56,581 bases of DNA from assembly GCA_041645325.1 (NCBI GenBank), contig JBAZQI010000003.1:1-56581 (forward strand), in the 5' to 3' direction. Positions 40,863 through 50,670 of the stretch are shown here, in pieces (position 1 is the first letter of the stretch; each line of letters begins with the position of its first letter). The notes beneath the pieces were generated by a model. The model was not told the DNA's origin. It saw nothing but the letters and a program-made list of their open reading frames with translations, and ran no database searches. The position numbers were made by a program, and so were the translations under genes. Origin of the DNA: an archaeon. Its GTDB lineage: Archaea > Iainarchaeota > Iainarchaeia > Iainarchaeales > GCA-2688035.

Positions 40863-42635
40863 CTATTCATTTTCAGGCTTGGCATTTTCCGAGACAATTC
40901 TCTTGACAAGCAAGGCAATCCTTTCAGCGGCCTTGCCGTCCTGCCTGAAGGCAAAGTTGTAAAGAAAGTCTTTTTTTGGCAGGCTTGTTCCCGCAAGCGC
41001 TTTTTCAAAGCCCGCCTGTGTTCCAACAATCGGAAGCCCGCTGCCTTTCAGATAGATTGCCCCATAGTCATGTTTTTTTGTCATTACGATAACCGGTTTT
41101 CCAAGGGCAACTGCCTCTATTCCGACCGTTGAGGCGTGCACAACAACAAGTGCCGAAGCGTTCATGAGCTCATACAGGTCTTCGGCCTGCAGCACTATCG
41201 CGCTTTTGCCAAACTTTTCGGCCATCCTGAAATACTTTCCCTTGGCTTCGCTTGGATGCACCTTTACCGCAAATTTGCAGTCCGGATATTTTTTCAGCGC
41301 CCTGAATGCCCTGTCAAGCATCCTGGACTGCATGTAAGGGTCTGAAGACAGTATCAGCGTGACAAGCGTTTCGTTTTCTTCCACGCCGATTTTTTTCCTG
41401 AATTCCGCAGGCTTAAACCGCCTGCTTTTCAGGGAATCAAATTTCGGCGTGCCGGTGACCTCAATCATATTGCCCGAAATTCCTTTCTTCTCCATCTCCC
41501 TTTTGAAAAACGGCCCCCAAACAGCAATCCTGTCCACAAACATCGGCACGAATCCTGTTATCCAGGCCCTGTCATTCCTCTCTTTTTGTTTTTCAGTGGT
41601 AAAAATCCCGTGCTGTGCAACAAGGCTTGGAATGCCCTGCTCTTTTGCAATCAGGGCGCAAATCCTTTCAAAGACCTCCATGTCTGTCCACAAAAGCAGG
41701 GCATTTGGCTTCCGCTTTGCGAAAAGCGCCCTGATTTCGCTGATGAGGAACGCAAACTCCGGCCACTCCCTGTCCACAAACCTCCTTATCCCGGCATTGA
41801 AGATTTCATCCAATGGCATGCCCTCAAAGGCCATGTTTTCCGCAAAGCCCCTGCTGGACTCAAATTTTTTCACGGCATCTGCAAAATAGGCCGGCATCCT
41901 GTTTCTTGCCTTCAGGAAGCCGAGCATGTTTTTCGGGTTCAGCATCCTTTTCAGCAGGAAAAGGTCAAGCGAGTAAACGGAAAGCCCGTTTTTTTTGAGG
42001 GCGGCCTCGACATTTGGCAGGTAAGTGCCCCTGCTTTTCACAAAAACAAGCCTGCCTTTCCCCTGGCTTTTTGCAAGTCCTGAAAAGATTTCCCTGGTTT
42101 TTTTCAGCAGTTCAAAAAATTTTATCGTTGAAACATTGGGCCACCTGTTCAGGGCTGGTTCAGGTTCAAGGTCCAGGAATTCGGCCTTTTTTATTCCCGC
42201 TTTTTTTGCCGCCGCCCTGACAACCCTTCCGGCCATGCAATTTCTTCCCGCAATCACAATGTCCGGCTTTTCTTTTTGCACCGCGTTTGAAACTGCCGTA
42301 AGGTGCCTCAATGCATCGTTGAAAAGGCCCTTTATGGCTGAAAAAGAAATAATGCCAAGCGATATGCCTTCAAACTCAATCGCCTTTTCAAAGTCTTTGT
42401 CAAACTTGTACCAGCCCTGGATAAGGTCAATTGCGCTGTTGTTCGCCCTTCTAAGGTCCTGTTTGCTTATGTAATCCCAGTATTCTTTCACAATTAAGCC
42501 GCGTTCCCTTTTCCCAGCTTCAAGCTCGCCGAGGCTTAAAATCACGCAGCCTTTTTTACCGCCCCTTTTTTCAATTGCCTCAAGCAAAGGCTTGATTTCC
42601 CTTTCACTTGAGTAAACCGCCAGACACTTCGCCAA
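40863..42635 (-). CDS. Large GT-B-fold transferase of uncertain specificity (TagF / KpsS / sialyltransferase-like C-terminal domain)
   Basis: VTGTPKFDSL...CKFAVKVHPSE...LYELMNASALVVVHASTVGIEAVALGKPVIVM has the layout of a CMP/CDP-donor GT-B domain with an H-P motif. It is the first gene upstream of pseI. Confidence 0.55.
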   Translation of the reverse strand: MAKCLAVYSSEREIKPLLEAIEKRGGKKGCVILSLGELEAGKRERGLIVKEYWDYISKQDLRRANNSAIDLIQGWYKFDKDFEKAIEFEGISLGIISFSAIKGLFNDALRHLTAVSNAVQKEKPDIVIAGRNCMAGRVVRAAAKKAGIKKAEFLDLEPEPALNRWPNVSTIKFFELLKKTREIFSGLAKSQGKGRLVFVKSRGTYLPNVEAALKKNGLSVYSLDLFLLKRMLNPKNMLGFLKARNRMPAYFADAVKKFESSRGFAENMAFEGMPLDEIFNAGIRRFVDREWPEFAFLISEIRALFAKRKPNALLLWTDMEVFERICALIAKEQGIPSLVAQHGIFTTEKQKERNDRAWITGFVPMFVDRIAVWGPFFKREMEKKGISGNMIEVTGTPKFDSLKSRRFKPAEFRKKIGVEENETLVTLILSSDPYMQSRMLDRAFRALKKYPDCKFAVKVHPSEAKGKYFRMAEKFGKSAIVLQAEDLYELMNASALVVVHASTVGIEAVALGKPVIVMTKKHDYGAIYLKGSGLPIVGTQAGFEKALAGTSLPKKDFLYNFAFRQDGKAAERIALLVKRIVSENAKPENE

Positions 42636-42674
42636 AACAACACTTCCCCTATCGGCTTTCCCCTTTCGCCAGGT

Positions 42675-43592
42675 TCAGGCTTTCAAATCGCCTTTCTTTA
42701 TCCTTTTTCTTTTCTCCATTATTTCGCCAAGATTTTTCAGGTCAATGGCATAGGCTTCCAGGAGCCAGTGGATGCGCATTGTGGCAATGCCCTTTGCAAC
42801 CCTTCCAAGCTCGAACGGAACTGCCTTGGCCAGCATTGCCGGCGGGAAATGCAAAAGCATGTACCTTACCCTGTTCTTGTTTATTGAAACAAAAGTCCTT
42901 TTGCCAGGCTGCTTTTTCATTATGCCGCCCTCAAAATGAATTATCTTGCTTTTCGGCGTAAACACCACCCTGAAGCCGGCTTTCCTCGCCCTTGCACAAA
43001 AGTCTGTTTCCTCAAAATAAATCGGGTTGAACCCTTCGTCCAAACCGCCGATTTTTTCCAGCACTGCCCTTTTGAAGAACAGGGCTGCGCCCCCTACCTG
43101 TTCCGCATCCCTTTCCTTTTCTGAGTAATCAAAATTTCTTGCGGTTCCACTGTCGTCAACATAGCCCCCGCCGTAGGCAACACCAGGATTATAGGCCAGT
43201 TCAATGTTCGGACCCACAACCCCTATCTTTGGGTCTTCCTCGGCTGTTTTTACAAGCTCAGAGAGCCAGTTTTTTGTCAAGGTTGTGTCATTGTTCAAAA
43301 GCAAAAGGTAATCGCCTTCGGCTATTTTTAACCCCTGGTTGTTCCCGCCGCTGAATCCCCTGTTGCCCGCATTCAAAATAAGCTTGCCAATGGCTTTTTT
43401 CGCGTGCATTTTTTTCAGTTCCTGAACCTCCTTTGCATCGCTTCCATTGTCAACCACGATTATTTCATAATCCTGGCCAGAGGTATTGCTTTTGATCGAA
43501 GCCAGGCATTTTTTTGTAAACCCAAGGCCGTTCCAGTTGAGGATTATTATCGAAACCATCTTTCGCTTCATTGCATCTTTTTTTGCCTTCAC
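42675..43592 (-). CDS. GT2 glycosyltransferase (rhamnosyltransferase-like)
   Basis: VSIIILNWNGLGFTKKCLASI...YEIIVVDNGSDA...NNDT...EETDFCARARKAGF are present. Confidence 0.88.
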   Translation of the reverse strand: MKAKKDAMKRKMVSIIILNWNGLGFTKKCLASIKSNTSGQDYEIIVVDNGSDAKEVQELKKMHAKKAIGKLILNAGNRGFSGGNNQGLKIAEGDYLLLLNNDTTLTKNWLSELVKTAEEDPKIGVVGPNIELAYNPGVAYGGGYVDDSGTARNFDYSEKERDAEQVGGAALFFKRAVLEKIGGLDEGFNPIYFEETDFCARARKAGFRVVFTPKSKIIHFEGGIMKKQPGKRTFVSINKNRVRYMLLHFPPAMLAKAVPFELGRVAKGIATMRIHWLLEAYAIDLKNLGEIMEKRKRIKKGDLKA

Positions 43593-44635
43593 TGCCCAGC
43601 ACCCCCAAACGCTTTCCGGTAAGCCTCTGCGGTTTCCAAAGCGGTTTTTTCCCAGAGGAAATTTTTTTCTATATGGCTTTTCAGCCCGGCTAGTTTTGCT
43701 TTTTGCATTGATTCCAAAATCTTTTCCCTAATGTCCTGAATGCTGGCCGGGTTTATGTATAAGGCAAAGCCGGCAAAATATTCCTTTGCGCAGCCCTCCC
43801 TTGTGACAACAATGTTTGCACCGGCAAGCCCCGCCTCAAGTGCTGCAAGCCCCGGCGTCTCATACCAGCTTGGCAACACAAAGGTTCTGCATGCGGCATA
43901 AGCGGATTCAAGCATTTCAGAGCCATGGTCAAGCGCAGGCAGGAACACGGTGTTTTTGCCTGCCTCTTTGCATGCCTTATAGTAAGCCTCGCTTCCCTGT
44001 TTCGGGTTTCCGATTACAACCAGCCTGCCTGTTTCATCAATTGCCTTTATGAGCGAAAGCAAATTTTTCCTTTCCTCTATCCTGCCAGCGTACAGCACAA
44101 AATCCTTCAGCCCGTATTTTTTTTCAAACATCCCTGAGTTTGCTTTTGCAAACCTCTTCTCAACCCCATTAGGGATAATTGAAATCCTTTCTGGCCTTAC
44201 ATTGAAAGTTTTTTCAAGCATCATGGCTTCGGCAATGCTGCTTGGCGCAACAACGTCCGCCATTGCAAGCATTTTTTTTACAGCGGAAAGGCCTGCAAAA
44301 TCAAGCCTGTTGATGAGTTCAACAGCCAAAAGCCTGAGCCTGCTTTTCAATGGCCTGTCCCAAAGCATTGCATGCCTCAGGCTTGGCCAGTAAACAGTTG
44401 AGATTGCAATTTTCAGCCCAGCCTCTTTTGCTTTTTTTATGTTTGAAAAGCAGTCCCTGTGCAGGCTGAAATTATGGAATAGGTCAAAGCCAGCAAACTC
44501 CTGCCTGCCGTCAAAAAGCATGGTTTCAAAGCCAAGTGCCTCAACATACTGCCTGCTTTTCATGAGAAGAATCTCGCCGCCGCCCTTGTTTTCAAAAGCG
44601 TTCGGCGAAGTCCCGAAAAGAATCCTTTTTTTCAA
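43589..44635 (-). CDS. GT4 glycosyltransferase
   Basis: YAGRIEERKNLLSLI...LPSWYETPGLAALEAGLAGANIVVT is present. It has 4-nt overlaps on both sides. Confidence 0.85.
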   Translation of the reverse strand: MKKRILFGTSPNAFENKGGGEILLMKSRQYVEALGFETMLFDGRQEFAGFDLFHNFSLHRDCFSNIKKAKEAGLKIAISTVYWPSLRHAMLWDRPLKSRLRLLAVELINRLDFAGLSAVKKMLAMADVVAPSSIAEAMMLEKTFNVRPERISIIPNGVEKRFAKANSGMFEKKYGLKDFVLYAGRIEERKNLLSLIKAIDETGRLVVIGNPKQGSEAYYKACKEAGKNTVFLPALDHGSEMLESAYAACRTFVLPSWYETPGLAALEAGLAGANIVVTREGCAKEYFAGFALYINPASIQDIREKILESMQKAKLAGLKSHIEKNFLWEKTALETAEAYRKAFGGAGQ

Positions 44636-45765
44636 TCATCACACCCTTTTTCCAGAATTTCCATGATTTTTTTGCTGGCATTGCCGTCCCCAAAGGGCTG
44701 TTTCCAATTCTTCCCGCCGGCAAGCATCCTGCCAGCATGCTCAACAATGCTGCCTTCCCGCCAACCGGCAATGACATTTGCCCCTATGCTGACCGTTTCA
44801 GGCCTTTCTGTGTTCTCCCTGAGCGTTACGCATTTTGTCCCAAAAATGCAGCTTTCTTCCTGCACCCCGCCGCTGTCGGTAAGGGCAATGGCAGCGTTTT
44901 TTTCAAGCGACAAAAATTCAAAAAAGCCAAGCGGCTCCACAGCCCTGATTCCTTCAGGCACAGGAATGCCGAAATGCCCGAGCATTTTTTTTGCCCTCGG
45001 GTGCATTGGCCACAGGGCTTCAAGCCCTGATTTTTTGCAGAAGGCTGAAACACCGCTAAGAATGGACTGCAGCTTTTCCCTGACATCCACGTTTTCCTGC
45101 CTGTGCAGGGTAAGCAGCGCAAAGTTTTTTTCCTCAAGCCCAAGCCGTTCCAGAGAATTTGCCTTTTCAATATCAGGTCCAACCATCTTAAGGGCATCTA
45201 CAATGGTGTTTCCTGTCACAAAAATCTTTTTTTCAGAAAGCCCTTCTTTCAGTGCATTTTGCTTTGCGTTCTCCGTCGGCGCAAAAAGATAATTGGAAAC
45301 ATGGTCGGCTATAACCCTGTTCATTTCTTCAGGCATTGTCTTGTCATAAGACCTTAGGCAGGCCTCAACATGGCCGAATTTCGGCGAAAAGTCAACAAGC
45401 TGCTTTACGGTGCCTATTTTTGCCGTAACAAGCGCGGTTGCAAGCACGGTGTTTGTGTCACCCTCGGCAACAACATTTGAGGGCTTTTCTTTCAGTATAA
45501 TCTGCTCTATTTCTTCCATCATTTTGCCCGTGTGCTGGCCCTGCATGTAAGGCGCCTTGCTTTTCACGGCAAGCCTGTAATCAGGCTTTTCCAGGCCAAG
45601 CTGCTCGAAGAAAACGCTGTCCATTTCATAGGAATAATGCTGGCCGCTGTGCACGGTGAAAAAAGGAATGCCCTTTTTTTGGCATTGCTTGATCACGGGG
45701 GCCAGCTTTATTATTTCAGGCCTTGTCCCAAAAACAATCGCAGTTTTTCCTTCCATAAAAACCAC
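44632..45765 (-). CDS. wecB: UDP-N-acetylglucosamine 2-epimerase (non-hydrolysing)
   Basis: IVFGTRPEIIKLAPVI, HSGQHYSYEMD, HVEACLRS and ALTDSGGVQEE are present. Confidence 0.92.
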   Translation of the reverse strand: MVFMEGKTAIVFGTRPEIIKLAPVIKQCQKKGIPFFTVHSGQHYSYEMDSVFFEQLGLEKPDYRLAVKSKAPYMQGQHTGKMMEEIEQIILKEKPSNVVAEGDTNTVLATALVTAKIGTVKQLVDFSPKFGHVEACLRSYDKTMPEEMNRVIADHVSNYLFAPTENAKQNALKEGLSEKKIFVTGNTIVDALKMVGPDIEKANSLERLGLEEKNFALLTLHRQENVDVREKLQSILSGVSAFCKKSGLEALWPMHPRAKKMLGHFGIPVPEGIRAVEPLGFFEFLSLEKNAAIALTDSGGVQEESCIFGTKCVTLRENTERPETVSIGANVIAGWREGSIVEHAGRMLAGGKNWKQPFGDGNASKKIMEILEKGCDD

Positions 45766-46881
45766 TCAAATCAAGGTTTCAAAATCAATGCGCTTTGCCT
45801 CATGCCATTGCAATGCCTGCAATGCAAACATTGTGCACCAGGCATTTGTGCAGTTTTTTTCCGCAAGGTCCAGTTCGTTGCCGTACAAAAATCCGCCGCT
45901 TTCATGCTGAAACTCCATCAGTCTGTTCCGCAGCCTTGAAAGGCTTTCTTTTGAAACATTTTCAAGCCTGCCCATTGCCTTCAGCGCAGACGCAAGCCTC
46001 AGCACCTGGGCCAACACATCGCTTCTCTGGCTTTGGTTCCATTTCCCGCAAAAAAACGCGTTTATGCCGCCATTTTCCTGCTGGTTTGCCATTGCCCATG
46101 CAGTTGCCTTCTCGGCAGCGTTCACAAAGCGCTCTTCCCTGAGGAATTTTCCGGCAAACAACAATCCTTCGGCGGAATAGCAATGCGGATGCATGTGCGT
46201 GCTCTTGTCAAAAGAATTGGTCTCAAAATTCCCCTCAGGCAGCTGCTTCTTCAGGGCAAATTCGCACAATTCCTTTGCCGCCTTTTCAAATTTTTCTTCG
46301 CCGGTTATTTTGAAAAGTCCAAACAGGCCGATTGCAACCTTTGCATGATAGCTTCCAGGCTGATTGCTCCACTTGTTGCCCTCATCCAGCACCTTTCCTG
46401 TTTTTGCGCTGTAAACAGCGCACATTTTTCCGCCTTCCATCATTTTTCCAGCCAAAAAATTTCCAACCTTCACAGTCATCCTGAGCGTTTCAGGATTTTT
46501 TTTCGCATTGTACTTGTTCACAAGCCCGTTCAGCACCATTCCAGCGTCAAACGCAAAACAATTGCCGCCTTCGAAAGAAAACTCCTTGTCTGCCTGCTCC
46601 CAAGGCCTGTAGCTTCTCGCAAGCACAGCGCCCTCTTTGGTAATCGCCCTGCTGCCAAGCCATCCTTCCGCCTTTTCCACCTTTTCAAAAAGCCCAGGGC
46701 TTTTTTTCAGGCTGTTGAGAAAAACAAGCGTTGTAATGCCATAGCCTGTTATTTCGCTGTATTCAAAGGAGTTCTTGCCGCTGCCAAGGTCATGCCATGC
46801 GCTGATTGCGCCGTTGCTTTCCTGGATGCCTGAATCAAGAATCCATTCCATGGCCTTATTAAAGCAGTTTTTTTCCCGCAT
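45766..46881 (-). CDS. Hypothetical protein that looks like an alpha/alpha-toroid (six-hairpin) fold; function unknown
   Basis: Repeated helical-hairpin motifs are present (SEITGYGITTLVFL, GGNCFAFDAGMVLNGL, SYHAKVAIGLFGL, HPHCYSAEGLLFAG, SDVLAQVLRLA, NAWCTMFALQAL). The ATG at 46881 leaves an 11-nt gap to the upstream gene, and the stop abuts the wecB start. Confidence 0.5.
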   Translation of the reverse strand: MREKNCFNKAMEWILDSGIQESNGAISAWHDLGSGKNSFEYSEITGYGITTLVFLNSLKKSPGLFEKVEKAEGWLGSRAITKEGAVLARSYRPWEQADKEFSFEGGNCFAFDAGMVLNGLVNKYNAKKNPETLRMTVKVGNFLAGKMMEGGKMCAVYSAKTGKVLDEGNKWSNQPGSYHAKVAIGLFGLFKITGEEKFEKAAKELCEFALKKQLPEGNFETNSFDKSTHMHPHCYSAEGLLFAGKFLREERFVNAAEKATAWAMANQQENGGINAFFCGKWNQSQRSDVLAQVLRLASALKAMGRLENVSKESLSRLRNRLMEFQHESGGFLYGNELDLAEKNCTNAWCTMFALQALQWHEAKRIDFETLI

Positions 46882-46892
46882 AAAAATCGCCT

Positions 46893-47486
46893 TTATTCCT
46901 GCATTATTTGCCCATATGTTTTCAGCGGAACAACCAGCATTTCCCCGCATTTTTCGCACCGCAGCACTGCCTTTTCATTTTCCTTTTTCATTATCCGCAT
47001 TTTTTCCCCGCATTTGCATGCAAAGCCATGCAGTTTTGCCGGATTGCCGTAAACAATGCCATGCCTTGGCACTTCCTTTGTGACGATGCTTCCCGCCCCA
47101 ACAACGGCAAACTCGCCGATGTTCACCTCAGGCAGGATTACGCTGTTTGCCCCTATGGAAACATTGTCGCCGATTTTCCATTCATAGCCGCTGAATTTCC
47201 TTTCGGTATTGTGCTTTGGGTTTTTGTCATTTGCCAGCACTGCCCCGGGCCCGATAAAGACATTGTTGCCAACCTCGCATCCCCTGAAAACCTGGGCCTT
47301 GTTCATAAGCTTTACATTGTCCCCGATTTTTGCTTCCCTGTCCACAAAACTGCCGTTTCCAAGCACGCAGTTTTTTCCGACAATGGCGTTTTTTCCAACC
47401 TGGACAAACGCCCAGATTCTTGTGCCCTCGCCTATTCGGCTGCCCTGGTCAATTATTGCTGTCCTGTCAATCTCTGCTTTTCCCAT
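46893..47486 (-). CDS. LbH N-acetyltransferase, WbpD/WlbB-like, with a C-terminal CxCG...CxxCG zinc-ribbon-like tail
   Basis: Hexapeptide repeats (IGEGTRIWAFVQVGKNAIVGKNCVLGNGSFV...) are followed by GNPAKLHGFACKCGEKM...LRCEKCGEML. GAAGGA lies 9 nt upstream of the ATG. Confidence 0.82.
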   Translation of the reverse strand: MGKAEIDRTAIIDQGSRIGEGTRIWAFVQVGKNAIVGKNCVLGNGSFVDREAKIGDNVKLMNKAQVFRGCEVGNNVFIGPGAVLANDKNPKHNTERKFSGYEWKIGDNVSIGANSVILPEVNIGEFAVVGAGSIVTKEVPRHGIVYGNPAKLHGFACKCGEKMRIMKKENEKAVLRCEKCGEMLVVPLKTYGQIMQE

Positions 47487-48439
47487 TCGATATTCCTTCT
47501 CAATCCTTCTTCAAGGCTGACCTTTGGCTCCCAGCCAAATAGCTTTTTTGCAAGGCCGTAATCGCAGATAAGCCTGTTCACTTCGGCCGCCCTTTCCTTG
47601 ATGTGCACTATCTCCGAGCTGCTTCCGCTCAGTTCCCTAATCAGCCTGCTTGTTTCATTGATTGTGTAGTCTTTTCCGTTTCCAAAATTGACAGCCTTGC
47701 CCACTGCCTCTTTCCTGCTGCCCATCAGCATAAAGCCCTCAACAGTGTCGCTGACATAGGTAAAGTCCCTGCTTTGGGTGCCGTCGCCATAAATTGTCAA
47801 GGGCTTGTTTTGCAATGCAAGCTGTATGAACTTTGGAATGACATCATAGGTGTGCCTTGGCCCGTATGTGTTGAACGGCCTGATTATCGCTATCGGCAGG
47901 CCATAGGTTTTCCAATAGCTGTAGCAGTACCTGTCGGCAGCCGCCTTTGAGGCAGCGTAAGGCGAAGTCGGATTAAGCGGATGGTCCTCATTAATCTTAT
48001 CCTTCAAAGCACTCCCATAAACTTCGCTGCTGCTTGTGCAGACAATCTGCTCTATCCCTTTCAGGTCCCTCGCTGCGTGCAAAACATTAAGGGTTCCAAT
48101 AAGGTTTGTTTTAAGGGTTTCAAGCGGATGGTCAAAAGAAAAAGGCACATAGGCCTCTGCAGCCAAATGGAATATAATTTCGGGGCCGTTTTCCTTAATC
48201 TGTTCCTTGCAGTCCTCGCTTCCAATGTTTCCCTTTATCACGGCAGAAAGCCTGTCCTGCACGCCCTCAAGGTTCCCAAGCCTGTTTTTCCTGAAAGTGT
48301 TCTGGCTGTCCCCCTTGATAAAAATGCTTGTTTCAGCCCCTTTTTCCAAAAGCGCCTCGGTCAGGTGCGAACCGATAAAGCCGTCAGCCCCTGTGACAAG
48401 CACTTTTTTTCCTTTCCAAAAATTCTTTTTGTCCGCCAT
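47453..48439 (-). CDS. NAD-dependent nucleotide-sugar epimerase/dehydratase (extended SDR)
   Basis: KKVLVTGADGFIGSHLTEALL, SSSEVYG and PYAASKAAAD (Y-x3-K) are present. Its own TTATAAAA box and GAGGGG SD lie upstream. Confidence 0.88.
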   Translation of the reverse strand: MADKKNFWKGKKVLVTGADGFIGSHLTEALLEKGAETSIFIKGDSQNTFRKNRLGNLEGVQDRLSAVIKGNIGSEDCKEQIKENGPEIIFHLAAEAYVPFSFDHPLETLKTNLIGTLNVLHAARDLKGIEQIVCTSSSEVYGSALKDKINEDHPLNPTSPYAASKAAADRYCYSYWKTYGLPIAIIRPFNTYGPRHTYDVIPKFIQLALQNKPLTIYGDGTQSRDFTYVSDTVEGFMLMGSRKEAVGKAVNFGNGKDYTINETSRLIRELSGSSSEIVHIKERAAEVNRLICDYGLAKKLFGWEPKVSLEEGLRRNIEWEKQRLTGQQ

Positions 48440-48571
48440 TTTCAGCCCCTCTTTTTGCCAAATAGATTGATTTTATAAGTGTTTTTAAGCCTCACCAATC
48501 AGGCTTTGTACCAATCAAAATGGCAATGGCCTTGAGTTGCGGCCTTGCGCCAAAAACAAGTGCAATGCCAA

Positions 48572-49672
48572 TCAATTGCCGTATGCCTTTTCAAACTTTT
48601 TCAGGCTGTTTTTCCAGCAAAATTTCCGCGAAAAGGCCCTTGCCGCCCTTCCCATTGCCTGCCTTTCCGCCTTTTTAAGGCCAAGCGCCTCTCCCAGTTT
48701 TTTCGCCGCCCTTTCCCTGCTTGAAAAATCCGCAATAAACCCTGTTTCGCCCTCAGTTACAAACTCCCTGAAAGCAGGAATGCCATTTAGAATCGGAATA
48801 AGGCCTGCAGCCATTGCCTCCACCGCACTTATTCCAAAGCCCTCGTATTCCGAAGCAGAAACAAAAAATTCCGACCCTGCATACAGCTCCAAAAGCTCTT
48901 TTTCCGAAACAGCGCCCAAAACTTCTGCCATGCCTTCAAGCCCTTTTTTCAAGATCATTTCCCGCAATTCCTCTTTTGTCATGTCAAAAGGGCTGCCTGC
49001 AATCTTCAGGGAAAAATCCCGCCTGCTTTTCTTCAATTCTGAAAACGCGTCCAAAAGATTTTCAAGCCCCTTGTTTTTGCTCAGCCTGCCGACAAAAAGA
49101 AAGCTGTTCGGCACGGCTTTTCTTGGAATTGCCGAAAGCATTTCAACAGGCACAGGGTTTTCAATCAAAACAATCTTTTTTTCAGGAACAATCCTTCTAA
49201 ATGTTTCAAAATCCTGCCTGCTTACGGCAATCACCCTGTCAAAAGCCCTGAGCGCAAGCCTGCACCAGATGTTAAAATAAATTTTTTTAAGCAATGAATA
49301 GTTTTTTGTGTGAAAAATTCCGCCATGCGTTGAAAGCACAAGCCTTTTCCTGTGAAACAGCTTAAACAATGCAAAAAAATCGGAGAAAAAACCAATGCCG
49401 TGCACGTGAACAACATCAAAGCCCCTTGTTTTGCTGATTGCGCCGGGGGCAATCCTGTAAAAGCCCAAATCCAAAAAGCCAAGCCTTTCAACCCTCACCC
49501 TGTTTTTTGTTCCGCTTTTCGGAAGCCTTTCTCCGCTGTTCGGGCACCTGTCAAGGCACACGACCTTAGTTTCAATCCCATCAGCAAGCAGGTGCTCGCA
49601 CAACTGCATAACATGGGTTTCAACGCCGCCTGTGCAGGGCCAAAACCTATGGCTTAAATGCACAACCTTCAT
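48572..49672 (-). CDS. GT4 glycosyltransferase
   Basis: MKVVHLSHRFWPCTGGVETHV...VGRLSKNKGLENLL...FVSASEYEGFGISAVEAMAAGLIPI is present. Confidence 0.88.
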   Translation of the reverse strand: MKVVHLSHRFWPCTGGVETHVMQLCEHLLADGIETKVVCLDRCPNSGERLPKSGTKNRVRVERLGFLDLGFYRIAPGAISKTRGFDVVHVHGIGFFSDFFALFKLFHRKRLVLSTHGGIFHTKNYSLLKKIYFNIWCRLALRAFDRVIAVSRQDFETFRRIVPEKKIVLIENPVPVEMLSAIPRKAVPNSFLFVGRLSKNKGLENLLDAFSELKKSRRDFSLKIAGSPFDMTKEELREMILKKGLEGMAEVLGAVSEKELLELYAGSEFFVSASEYEGFGISAVEAMAAGLIPILNGIPAFREFVTEGETGFIADFSSRERAAKKLGEALGLKKAERQAMGRAARAFSRKFCWKNSLKKFEKAYGN

Positions 49673-50646
49673 TTGCCAAGCGCCTCCCTTGCGATTCCGG
49701 CGGCAAGGCCAAATGCAAACATTGCAGTCCTAAGTAATATCACAAAAGGCGAAACAATTGCAACAGCCTTGTCTTTTGAAAAAGCCCAGACTGCAAAAGG
49801 CAATGCCGTAAGGAAAAGCAGCAAAGCATTCAAGCCAAGCAAGAACGCAAGCCCTGGCCAAACAATTGCTGCAACTGCTGCAGGAAACAGCAGGTAAAAC
49901 AGCATTGCCTGAACCTTCACCATCTGGCTTGTGTAGCTGTCCTTCACCATCTTGCCCCTGTGCCTTTTGTAAACCTTTGTCCTCCAGAACGCCCTGTAAT
50001 ACTTGACCTTCAGGTATTTCCAAAGGCTTGTGGGGTGCGTGTGGTAAACGATTGCATTTGGGTTGAATATCATTTGGTGGCCTGCTTCGTGCACCCTGAA
50101 GCTGAAATCCGTGTCCTCGCCGCTTGCCATCGGGTAGCTTGTGTCAAAGCCTTTGAGCTTTTCAAAAATGCTTTTCCTGTAAGCGGCGCTGTAGCTTCCT
50201 ATAAAATCAATGGATTTTTGCCTTCGCATCTTTTCATACCTTTGCTCTATTTCCAGCTGGATCAGCCTTGCCACAAGCTCTTTTTGCCTGCATTTATACC
50301 GGCCTTGCACTCCCGCAACCATTTTGTCCGCAAACGGCTTCAGCATTTCTTCAAGCCAGTTTGGTTCGGCAATGCAATCAGAATCAGTGAAAACCACTAT
50401 TTCGCCTTTTGCGCTTTTTGCGCCGTTGTTCCGCGCAACCGCAGGCCCGGCATTTTTTTCCGTCAAAACCCTTGTTCCCCTGAAGCTTTCCGCAATTTCC
50501 CCTGTCTTGTCCCTGCTTCCGTCATCCACAACAATGGTTTCATAGCCCTTGAAGGACTGCCTTGACAATGACTCAAGGCATTTTCCGATTGTTTTTTCCG
50601 CATTGAAAGCAGGAACCACAATGCTTGCGATTGGCTTTGCCATCAA
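49669..50646 (-). CDS. GT2 glycosyltransferase with C-terminal TM helices
   Basis: ASIVVPAFNAEKTIGKCLESL...ETIVVDDGSRDKT...FTDSDC...GEDTDFSFR are present, with a hydrophobic tail. Confidence 0.88.
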   Translation of the reverse strand: MMAKPIASIVVPAFNAEKTIGKCLESLSRQSFKGYETIVVDDGSRDKTGEIAESFRGTRVLTEKNAGPAVARNNGAKSAKGEIVVFTDSDCIAEPNWLEEMLKPFADKMVAGVQGRYKCRQKELVARLIQLEIEQRYEKMRRQKSIDFIGSYSAAYRKSIFEKLKGFDTSYPMASGEDTDFSFRVHEAGHQMIFNPNAIVYHTHPTSLWKYLKVKYYRAFWRTKVYKRHRGKMVKDSYTSQMVKVQAMLFYLLFPAAVAAIVWPGLAFLLGLNALLLFLTALPFAVWAFSKDKAVAIVSPFVILLRTAMFAFGLAAGIAREALGK

Positions 50647-50670
50647 AAAACCCCTAAAAATGCAAAATGG

